Sequence record: NC_005260.1 | Strand: one strand, 5' to 3' | Length of the DNA: 64,000 bases | Shown here: positions 46,092-52,820 of the stretch, piece after piece | How positions within the stretch are numbered: the first letter of the stretch is position 1 | Layout of the letters: every line of letters begins with the position of its first letter | The notes under the pieces: model-generated | Seen by the model: only the letters and a program-made list of their open reading frames with translations | Databases searched by the model: none | Told to the model about the DNA's origin: nothing | Position numbers and translations under genes: made by a program

Positions 46092-46183
46092 TGGTGGATG
46101 CGGTAGGAGTCGAACCTACAATGTTTACCCTGTGGGGCCAGATTTACAGTCTGGTGCAATACCACCGTCATTGCAGCACATCC
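46092..46183 (-). tRNA. tRNA-Tyr(GTA)
   Basis: CCAGA-CTGTAAA-TCTGG, long variable arm, CCA. Confidence 0.9.
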
Positions 46184-46208
46184 ATTATTCTTTATTTAGT
46201 ACGCTATG

Positions 46209-46282
46209 ATGCGAGTGGTGGATTTGAACCACCGACCTTTAGCTTATGAGGCTAACGAGATACCGGACTTCTCCAACTCGCA
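46209..46282 (-). tRNA. tRNA-Met(CAT), initiator-like D arm, no encoded CCA
   Basis: TTAGC-CTCATAA-GCTAA; acceptor extended by a GCGCTATGA/TCATAGCGT stem. Confidence 0.8.
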
Positions 46283-46302
46283 TCATAGCGCACTAATCAA
46301 TT

Positions 46303-46378
46303 TGGTTCTCCGTATGGAATTCGAATCCATGTTACCGCCGTGAAAGGGCAGTGTCCTAGTCCACTAGACGAACGGAGA
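46303..46378 (-). tRNA. tRNA-Glu(TTC)
   Basis: CTGCC-CTTTCAC-GGCGG, CCA. Confidence 0.9.
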
Positions 46379-46382
46379 TCTG

Positions 46383-46622
46383 TCAATAAGCGAAACTAAA
46401 CAATCGTCTTTGTTTTGCTTTTAAGTCTTCTTCGACAACAGAGACATTATCACATGTTTCCGCAGTAGAGTAAACATCTTTTTGTTTTTCTTTTTCAGCG
46501 GCTTCCGCAGCTTTCTTTCTAGCAAGTGGACCAACGTTTTTCCACAACGGAGCGTCGTACCATGCTTTGCTACACTGATTACCCGAGCCACGATTGGCGC
46601 GAGCGTCTTGATCATTACTCAT
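46383..46622 (-). CDS. hypothetical late protein
   Basis: Start MSNDQD with AAGGAG RBS; CTAAATA at 46646-46652. Confidence 0.6.
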   Translation of the reverse strand: MSNDQDARANRGSGNQCSKAWYDAPLWKNVGPLARKKAAEAAEKEKQKDVYSTAETCDNVSVVEEDLKAKQRRLFSFAY

Positions 46623-46656
46623 ATAAACTCCTTTAATAGCAAGTCTATTTAGTACC

Positions 46657-46791
46657 AAATTTAAATGCACTGTCTAGATCCCCGCAGGTGGTTCCCACTC
46701 TACTAGCCTTTGTTTGCACAAGCTTGCGGCTCTTAGCTACATACGAGGGCTTATCTCGTCCAATGATGGTAAGGGCAATGCACTTAAATTT
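46657..46791 (-). ncRNA. structured RNA resembling a reduced tmRNA mRNA-like domain
   Basis: 13-bp closing stem, ACGAG/CTCGT hairpin with pseudoknot potential, GCA AAC AAA GGC TAG TAG mini-ORF. Confidence 0.45.
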
Positions 46792-46864
46792 GGTGGAGAC
46801 GACGGGATTTCCGCCCGTATCTCAGGTCCCAGTGACCTGCGATTATGAAGTTATCTACGTCCCC
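46791..46864 (-). ncRNA. tmRNA-like tRNA-like domain (alanine-type acceptor)
   Basis: GGGGACG/CGTCTCC-A-CCA with G3-U70, stemless D region, CAGGTC/GACCTG helix, atypical T loop CGGAAAT. Confidence 0.65.
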
Positions 46865-46869
46865 GAATC

Positions 46870-46944
46870 TGGTGGTGCATGGTAGATTCGAACTACCGAC
46901 CGACGGCGTATGAAACCGCAGCTCTACCACTGAGCTAATGCACC
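46870..46944 (-). tRNA. tRNA-Met(CAT), elongator
   Basis: GGTGCAT/ATGCACC, TT-CAT-AC, CCA. Confidence 0.85.
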
Positions 46945-47163
46945 AGACGGTATCCAGAATAACAGATACCGAGGCAATAATCAACCATTCGGTTGCAAAG
47001 AGATTTAACCAACAACAAACTACTCTCATTGTATGTCGTGTTGGAAGCACTTCTCAGATCGTCCGTGGTAAACATCACGCGCCCCGTCTGAGCCTAATCT
47101 ATTGCTTTTTTATAGCCTATCGCCACGCAACAAGTATATGGCCTATTGCTTGACTCGACTATT

Positions 47164-47240
47164 TGGTACGCCGCCCGGGACTCGAACCCGGAACCTATCG
47201 GTTAAAAGCCGATTGCTCTAAACCATTGAGCTAACAGCGC
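47164..47240 (-). tRNA. tRNA-Lys(TTT)
   Basis: ATCGG-CTTTTAA-CCGAT, CCA. Confidence 0.9.
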
Positions 47241-47246
47241 ATTGTT

Positions 47247-47320
47247 TGGCAGGGGATGTAAGAATCGAACTCACGTCAACGGATTTGGAATCCGCCGCAT
47301 AACCATTTTGCTAATCCCCT
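47247..47320 (-). tRNA. tRNA-Trp(CCA)
   Basis: GCGGA-TTCCAAA-TCCGT, G-CCA. Confidence 0.9.
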
Positions 47321-47326
47321 ATATTC

Positions 47327-47506
47327 TTACCAGCTATCAAAATCCGTAATGGGAACACTCTTTGCTCCATCTTTGACAGCTTTTGCACTAACCACAGTAC
47401 CGATTGATCCGCTTTCGTATTCAACATCAATCAGATTCGTTTCGTGCATCTGCATGAGTTCCATCATACGCTGAATCTCAAGCATTGTAAACCTTACTTT
47501 ATTCAT
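47327..47506 (-). CDS. hypothetical protein (59 aa, below ORF-track cutoff)
   Basis: Manual translation MNKVRFTMLEIQRMMELMQMH...DFDSW. Confidence 0.5.
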   Translation of the reverse strand: MNKVRFTMLEIQRMMELMQMHETNLIDVEYESGSIGTVVSAKAVKDGAKSVPITDFDSW

Positions 47507-47513
47507 TTTTCAC

Positions 47514-47723
47514 CTACAGAATAGGACTTTCGATTGTGACGTCAAGAACGGAATAATACGTGCTGTATTCCGAACCCATGTCGTCGTAATGTGCGCGAAC
47601 TTTACTTTCGGCATCGTCTATGTCTTCCGCTTCTACCAATTTAATGGTATCGAATGACTTGGATGATCCCATGTATTCGCTTTTCATATAACGTATCTTA
47701 GCAAGAAACAACATCGTTGTCAA
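47514..47723 (-). CDS. hypothetical protein
   Basis: ORF track 69 aa. Confidence 0.6.
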   Translation of the reverse strand: MTTMLFLAKIRYMKSEYMGSSKSFDTIKLVEAEDIDDAESKVRAHYDDMGSEYSTYYSVLDVTIESPIL

Positions 47724-48120
47724 CCTTTAACGTATAGATTTTCGAAGTGTGTCCAGTCATAGGCTGAACTCCGCAAATTTCCTCAGCAATCAGCTTGGGA
47801 ACAAATCTAGGAACAACTGTGAGTCTATCGAAAATCGCTTGATTTCCTTTATCCCAGTTCTGTTGTCTTTTGATCGCCGCAATCTGTGTTGACTTGATAT
47901 CAAGTTCTTCCGCTTTCAGAAGCTCGAATTCTAAGTCATTGCTATAGGTAACACCATACGCGATTACGATATCAAAGTCAATAGGACATTCAGGCGTTTC
48001 GGTATATCTAATGATCTGTCTCAGTGTTCGAACATCATCTTGAAACCAACCGCAGTTGATAAAGCATTGTCCGACACGTTCGCCGTTCTTCATGAACAGC
48101 GCCCAACTAGGTGCGCTCAT
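47698..48120 (-). CDS. hypothetical protein
   Basis: ORF track 140 aa. Confidence 0.65.
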   Translation of the reverse strand: MSAPSWALFMKNGERVGQCFINCGWFQDDVRTLRQIIRYTETPECPIDFDIVIAYGVTYSNDLEFELLKAEELDIKSTQIAAIKRQQNWDKGNQAIFDRLTVVPRFVPKLIAEEICGVQPMTGHTSKIYTLKVDNDVVSC

Positions 48121-48264
48121 ACTTTATTTCTCAATAGAGTGAATCACAGATAATAGTGAGGACAAGAAGTACATCCGTTAGGATGGCATGTTGCCGTTCT
48201 ATCATCACAAATAAAAACAACAGGAATTAATACCATATTAGCTTTCATTTTTATTCCTTGTTAT

Positions 48265-48339
48265 TGGAGTACCGGATCTGATTTGAACAGACGTAAAAGT
48301 GATTTGCAATCACTTGCCTTACCGCTTGGCTACCGGCAC
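48265..48339 (-). tRNA. tRNA-Cys(GCA)
   Basis: AGTGA-TTGCAAA-TCACT, U73-CCA. Confidence 0.9.
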
Positions 48340-48346
48340 GTTAATC

Positions 48347-48420
48347 TGGAGCCTCATTCGGGAATCGAACCCGACACTACGACTTGGAAGGACGGTATGT
48401 GACCACTACACCAATGAGGC
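48347..48420 (-). tRNA. tRNA-Gly(TCC)
   Basis: CT-TCC-AA loop, U73-CCA; anticodon stem has two mismatches (C27:T43, T30:T40). Confidence 0.8.
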
Positions 48421-48493
48421 ATTTCTGAGTAGTCGAGCCGACTTATCCGTATTCTTTCAACGGTGAGCTGATAGCTACTCTAAACTTTAAATT

Positions 48494-48569
48494 TGGTGGA
48501 GAAAATGGGACTCGAACCCACGACCCCCAGCTTGCAAGGCTAGTGCTCTCCCATCTGAGCTATTTCCCC
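48494..48569 (-). tRNA. tRNA-Ala(TGC)
   Basis: G3-U70, CT-TGC-AA, CCA. Confidence 0.92.
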
Positions 48570-48638
48570 AAATTCTAATAGATACTCGCAAGTATACATT
48601 AGAATAGGCACTTTATGCAAGTACCTACGCAAGTCTTC

Positions 48639-48781
48639 GGATTCACATACGGGAGCGGTGACTAACCCGCGTTACTTTTATATGCTGTTCCCTCTCAGCC
48701 GCACATCCAACTACCGAAGCAAAGGAGTGCTATCCATTAATAGTAGAGTTTTGTTTTTGTATTGATTGCAGAAGTGAATCC
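48639..48781 (-). ncRNA. GCAA-module RNA C (long internal domain)
   Basis: GGATTCAC/GTGAATCC terminal stem followed by TTCTGCAATCAAT. Confidence 0.6.
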
Positions 48782-48844
48782 ATGCAATTTCAAAGAGCAA
48801 TTGAACTACTGTCGGGTAAGTTCATTTTCCTGCTAGGCAGAAAC

Positions 48845-48931
48845 TGGTGGAGAAGACTAGCTTCGATTCTAGTAAGGCTTGTAAAGCGGGCCCATCACGA
48901 GGACCTGAGACTCTTTATCTCTTACTTCTCC
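48845..48931 (-). ncRNA. atypical class-II-shaped tRNA-like RNA (GTG triplet, C33, aberrant T loop)
   Basis: GGAGAAG/CTTCTCC-A-CCA, GAGA/TCTC, GGTCC-TCGTGAT-GGGCC, GCTT/AAGC variable arm, ACTAG-AATCGAAG-CTAGT. Confidence 0.65.
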
Positions 48932-48938
48932 ATAAAAC

Positions 48939-49013
48939 TGGCGGTGCATACGGGAATCGAACCCGTATCTTGTGATAGACAGTCACGAATAATAGCCATT
49001 ATACTAATGCACC
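48939..49013 (-). tRNA. tRNA-Asp(GTC)
   Basis: GTGA-CTGTCTA-TCAC, G-CCA. Confidence 0.9.
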
Positions 49014-49019
49014 TAAATT

Positions 49020-49094
49020 TGGTAGTCCCGAATGGTATCGAACCATCCACATCCGCGTTATCAGCACGGCGCTCTACCTCTGAGCTACGGGACT
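49020..49094 (-). tRNA. tRNA-Ile(GAT)
   Basis: CCGTG-CTGATAA-CGCGG, CCA. Confidence 0.9.
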
Positions 49095-49101
49095 AAAGAC
49101 T

Positions 49102-49207
49102 GAAAGACTTTTTAACTGCCACCTGGACTCTTGTGCTAGAGAGTTGAGGAATCGAACCTCACCGTTTTCTTAAAATAGAAAAGTTATATTGATTGCTGAA
49201 ATCTTTC
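49102..49207 (-). ncRNA. GCAA-module RNA D with circularly permuted tRNA-like domain (YrlA topology)
   Basis: GAAAGATT/AGTCTTTC stem, CAGCAAT, T arm TGAGG-TTCGATT-CCTCA, stacked closed stem ACTCT/AGAGT, AGGTGGCA D-like loop. Confidence 0.75.
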
Positions 49208-49229
49208 TTAGCACGGTAAATCATTATTG

Positions 49230-49311
49230 CGGAGGAGGTTGGACTCGAACCAACATAGGGTTATTACCCGCAGATTAACAGTCTGCCGCTCAACCTTTGA
49301 GCCACACCTCC
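49230..49311 (-). tRNA. tRNA-Asn(GTT) with long variable arm, no encoded CCA
   Basis: GCAGA-CTGTTAA-TCTGC, GGGT-AATA-ACCC variable arm, 10-bp acceptor extension. Confidence 0.8.
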
Positions 49312-49337
49312 GCAATAATGACTTGCAAATAAGAAAC

Positions 49338-49399
49338 GGAATGAACTTTTAAGGCTATTTCAAATAATGGCTTTTTAAGTTAGTTGCTGAACTCATTCC
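49338..49399 (-). ncRNA. standalone GCAA-module RNA E
   Basis: GGAATGAGTT-CAGCAAC...TTAAA-AGTTCATTCC; own promoter GTTTACA(49434-49440)-17-TATAGT(49411-49416). Confidence 0.75.
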
Positions 49400-49461
49400 T
49401 ATCTTTGTTTACTATACACTACTATTTAGTGACTGTAAACAAAGCATCTTAAATTTTTGAC

Positions 49462-49515
49462 AGGCTCACTTTTTGATTTCATCCGCAGAAAAGTTTTGAT
49501 TGCTGAACGGAGCCT
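49462..49515 (-). ncRNA. standalone GCAA-module RNA F
   Basis: AGGCTC-CGTT-CAGCAAT...AAAAAGT-GAGCCT; own promoter GTTTACA(49546-49552)-17-TACAAT(49523-49528). Confidence 0.75.
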
Positions 49516-49590
49516 TATAAAGATTGTATCACGTTTTATCAACGTTGTAAACTATCTTTTATTTATGCTCTACTTTAAGAGCATGTGATA

Positions 49591-49620
49591 ATGATAGCAT
49601 ACGGTTCATAGAGTGTAAAC
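49591..49620 (-). promoter_or_regulatory. T4-early-type promoter GTTTACA-17-TATCAT
   Basis: Third of three stacked GTTTACA promoters; followed by ATGCTCT/AGAGCAT hairpin at 49565-49584. Confidence 0.6.
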
Positions 49621-49623
49621 ATT

Positions 49624-49727
49624 CTTTATCACGATATCCCAACATTGCTTCATGCTACTGCCGGTTGAGTCCGAAGACCGACTAAGGGTTCACTTCCGCT
49701 TTAGATTTACGGCATACCGTGATAAAG
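49624..49727 (-). ncRNA. candidate ~104-nt structured RNA
   Basis: ~14-bp closing stem CTTTATCACGGTAT/ATATCGTGATAAAG, internal cUUCGg; CTAAATA at 49780-49786 upstream. Confidence 0.55.
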
Positions 49728-49797
49728 ACAGTCCGCATCGCAAATTGGACACAACGGCATCGCAATCTGCCACTAATGTTATTTAGTGTCTACTGTC

Positions 49798-49856
49798 AAT
49801 CAGCTTTGGGTGGGTGCTGATTCCGTCCCACGAGCGTGAGCCACCGATACACGCTC
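49798..49856 (-). ncRNA. hairpin + H-type pseudoknot
   Basis: GAGCGTG/CACGCTC; S1 GTGGG/CCCAC, S2 AATCAGC/GCTGATT. Confidence 0.55.
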
Positions 49857-49884
49857 GGAAAGATCTTACGGTTTATCGAATTCT

Positions 49885-50109
49885 TTACTTGTCGTAATAA
49901 TACGGCTTACATTGACCTTCGAACTTGGTTTTACCGCCGAAGAATCCAGTACGATTCTCGCCATATGTATCTTGTGCATTTTCTTCCGCGACTTTCAGCG
50001 CGGCTCTGCACTCTGCTTCGGTGTCAAACTTCTCAATTGCGTGACTATGTGAGCCCCAATTAGTACCGAAGTTAACGAACAACGAAGTAATCAACAAGAA
50101 CTTAATCAT
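49885..50109 (-). CDS. small exported protein
   Basis: Hydrophobic N-terminus, FDTEAECRAA. Confidence 0.65.
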   Translation of the reverse strand: MIKFLLITSLFVNFGTNWGSHSHAIEKFDTEAECRAALKVAEENAQDTYGENRTGFFGGKTKFEGQCKPYYYDK

Positions 50110-50134
50110 AACATCACCTATTGGTATAGTAAAC

Positions 50135-50467
50135 TTATTTAGTATCGCAGGAATACACTTCTTTCACGCGAGTAACAGAACGTTTGGTAACGTTGATCGA
50201 ACTACCCTGATACCAGCGAGACTCTGAATCCAGCACTTTGTCAACAACTGCCTCCGATTTGGGTAGAATAGCGTCGAAACAGGTTTTACCCATACTGTCT
50301 TTCATGTGTGACCAGATAGACAGTGAGAAACGTTCGATCTTGTTACAGACTTTTACCTTGCACATTTCTTCGGACTGAGCACCAAAAGACAACAGCGCAA
50401 GCAGAATTACAGCAGCTTTCATTCTTCGATCTCCACAACTGCACCGGTTTTTATAAGATGATCCCAC
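50135..50467 (-). CDS. small exported Cys-containing protein
   Basis: Internal MKAAVILLALLSFGAQS signal peptide. Confidence 0.65.
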   Translation of the reverse strand: MGSSYKNRCSCGDRRMKAAVILLALLSFGAQSEEMCKVKVCNKIERFSLSIWSHMKDSMGKTCFDAILPKSEAVVDKVLDSESRWYQGSSINVTKRSVTRVKEVYSCDTK

Positions 50468-50745
50468 AACTTTTGATAAGAGATCGAGTGATCTTCCTTT
50501 TCGTTACAGCAGGAACAACCTTGCTCATAGTACACAGTGATCCAATTCATGTCAAGCTTATAACCGCAGCCATAGAAATGACGACTGCCGTGACTCGGTT
50601 TACCCAGTTCATAGTTGACGACATCTTCCAGAGCGTTATCAATACCGTCAGAGTCGATGAAGTCTTCCGGTGCGTCTTGTTTACGCAAAGCGTCCATAAA
50701 GTCAAACAGATTATCAATTTGCATTTTATTTTCCTCATTAGCCAT
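50419..50745 (-). CDS. hypothetical protein
   Basis: ORF track 108 aa. Confidence 0.65.
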   Translation of the reverse strand: MANEENKMQIDNLFDFMDALRKQDAPEDFIDSDGIDNALEDVVNYELGKPSHGSRHFYGCGYKLDMNWITVYYEQGCSCCNEKEDHSISYQKLWDHLIKTGAVVEIEE

Positions 50746-50820
50746 AGTAATACGTTATCGCATTAATATGGCGGCTCTTTCGAGCCACCTCTTAGAAATC
50801 AGGCCATTCGTCTTTCACGA

Positions 50821-51924
50821 TTAGACCTCCTTGAACTCCACGATACTTGAAATCTCGTTGAACTCGCCGTATTTCTTCATTGATGGAACAAGATTTCCGT
50901 TCTCGCCATGAATCAGATCTGGGTTTTCTTTCCACTTATTAGCTGATACGTATTCTTGCACAGCTTTCGTGTCCAAGTCAACAACTAATTTCGGACTAAT
51001 TTTCAGTGGATATTCGCGAGTCCGATCATTCTCCGCACCAGCTACCACGATTCGAGTCATCAGATCGGCATGATACAGATGATCGTTGTCCTGACTGCCG
51101 TATTGTTGTGGGTTAAACTCGATGTTGAGTTCACACAACATACTAACAAACTTACGAAGTCCGATATGCAGCTCTGCATTAGCGGCAGTGAGTTTAATAA
51201 CACGGTTTGTCAAGTTGTTTTTAGAGTAGGGACCCATTCCTACATTGACAACACTATCGTATTCCCAAGAGAATCCCATACTGAGATATTCGTTGAACAG
51301 ATCTTTTGTCAGTTCTTCGCGAATGATCTCGGGCGCTTTCTGAATTTCTTCCATTCTGAACGCGAGTTCTTCTTTAGTCAAGCGTTTTTTATCCGGATCT
51401 CGAAGTTCTAGTTTGGCGAAACTTTCGCGGATCTTTTTGTGCGACTCAATAACGTATTCTTTGTTCCAAGAGTGTTCAAACGTGCGGTCGTATTCTGCTA
51501 CCATCAGATCATATACTTTTCGCTTGATTACCATGAACATAACCTGAGATTTCTTACCGCCCATAAACGATGAGGCTGGTTGAATATACAAAGCTTCCTC
51601 ATGCATTAAGTCTTGATATGACAGCTTGTTCAGATCGAATAGATCGTCGATGTTAACATTGCGATCTTCGTCACAGACGATATGAGTCTTTACCATGTCT
51701 TGGAACGCTTGGTATGCGGCATTATCTTCGATCTCGAAGTTACCATAGTCGTCATACGTCGCATACAATGGAAGATGCAGTGCAAGCTGGTATCGATCCC
51801 AGTTATAGCAACCAGGTGCGGCTGGGATAGTTTCTCCGTGACAAACGAGTGCCAGTAAAACAACCGGCTCGCCACAAGTAACGATATGACGACTAACGCC
51901 ACAAATAGTATTGAAAGAACCCAC
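50821..51924 (-). CDS. hypothetical protein
   Basis: ORF track 367 aa, probable GTG start. Confidence 0.75.
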   Translation of the reverse strand: MGSFNTICGVSRHIVTCGEPVVLLALVCHGETIPAAPGCYNWDRYQLALHLPLYATYDDYGNFEIEDNAAYQAFQDMVKTHIVCDEDRNVNIDDLFDLNKLSYQDLMHEEALYIQPASSFMGGKKSQVMFMVIKRKVYDLMVAEYDRTFEHSWNKEYVIESHKKIRESFAKLELRDPDKKRLTKEELAFRMEEIQKAPEIIREELTKDLFNEYLSMGFSWEYDSVVNVGMGPYSKNNLTNRVIKLTAANAELHIGLRKFVSMLCELNIEFNPQQYGSQDNDHLYHADLMTRIVVAGAENDRTREYPLKISPKLVVDLDTKAVQEYVSANKWKENPDLIHGENGNLVPSMKKYGEFNEISSIVEFKEV

Positions 51925-51976
51925 GATATTTTCCTTTTGGTTACAAAAAAGCCCCAGTTAAGGGGCTTTCGAATTG

Positions 51977-52366
51977 TTAAGCGATAGCTTCCAGGACAGC
52001 TTCCAGAGATTCTTCGATCATGACGCGATTCGGTACGTCATACTCGGAAGTGCGGAAACTCAACAGAACTTCACCATGGATGTTCTCATGCAGACCAACG
52101 ATCTTGTCAGCACCAACTACGAACTTCTCGATACCGCGGTGTTCAACCGGAGTAACAACGGCGCGCTTGAGGTAGCAATCTTTCAGTTTCAGTGCCAGAT
52201 CTTCGAAACGTTCAGAAACGGTATACACAGTCGGCAGTTGACCGTCAACTTTTACAGTCAGCAGGGTCTTACCAGAGCGCAGCTTTACCAGGCCAACAAC
52301 TTTCTCGGAGTTGACTACAAAACGGGTGATGTTACCAGCTACCGGGGATACAACAAAACGGGACAT
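51977..52366 (-). CDS. hypothetical protein with internal duplication
   Basis: FVVSPV...FVVNSEKVVGL and AVVTPV...FVVGADKIVGL. Confidence 0.75.
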   Translation of the reverse strand: MSRFVVSPVAGNITRFVVNSEKVVGLVKLRSGKTLLTVKVDGQLPTVYTVSERFEDLALKLKDCYLKRAVVTPVEHRGIEKFVVGADKIVGLHENIHGEVLLSFRTSEYDVPNRVMIEESLEAVLEAIA

Positions 52367-52375
52367 TTTAGTTCC

Positions 52376-52612
52376 TTAAACAGTGATAGAAAATACATAC
52401 TGGTCATTCTGAATGATTCCAGCGTTGTTGTCAACGAAAATTTTGAAATTCATTTCCTTTGACGTTTCGATGTGAGCTTTCGCAGCTTCTAATGCTACTA
52501 CACTCGGGTATTCATGTCTAGCACCCGCGAAAATACAGATGCCGTTTAAACCATAGACTCGGCCACTAAAGCTTCCGTCTTCATCTTGGTCTAGTATACA
52601 GATTAATTTCAA
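52376..52612 (-). CDS. hypothetical protein
   Basis: ORF track 78 aa. Confidence 0.55.
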   Translation of the reverse strand: MKLICILDQDEDGSFSGRVYGLNGICIFAGARHEYPSVVALEAAKAHIETSKEMNFKIFVDNNAGIIQNDQYVFSITV

Positions 52613-52631
52613 CGTGTCAATCTCTTTTATT

Positions 52632-52720
52632 TGGTGCGAGTGGTGAGGATCGAACTCACATGGCGCGTTAGCACCGGCAAATTTTAAGTCTGCTGCCTAT
52701 ACCGATTCGGCTACACTCGC
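52632..52720 (-). tRNA. tRNA-Leu(TAA)
   Basis: GCAGA-CTTAAAA-TTTGC, long variable arm, CCA. Confidence 0.9.
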
Positions 52721-52725
52721 AATTC

Positions 52726-52810
52726 TGGTGGGAGTAGTGGGATTCGAACCCACACGACTATTGTCAACAAGGTTTGAGCTTGCCCTGTATGCCAGTTCCA
52801 GCATACTCCC
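52726..52810 (-). tRNA. tRNA-Leu(CAA)
   Basis: GCAAG-CTCAAAC-CTTGT, long variable arm, CCA. Confidence 0.9.
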
Positions 52811-52820
52811 AAAAATAATG

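Noticed and set aside
46791-46864. Amber/CUG-type suppressor or second tRNA-Ala
   Set aside because: No D stem, no U33 and a non-canonical T loop; the acceptor fits a tmRNA-type domain better
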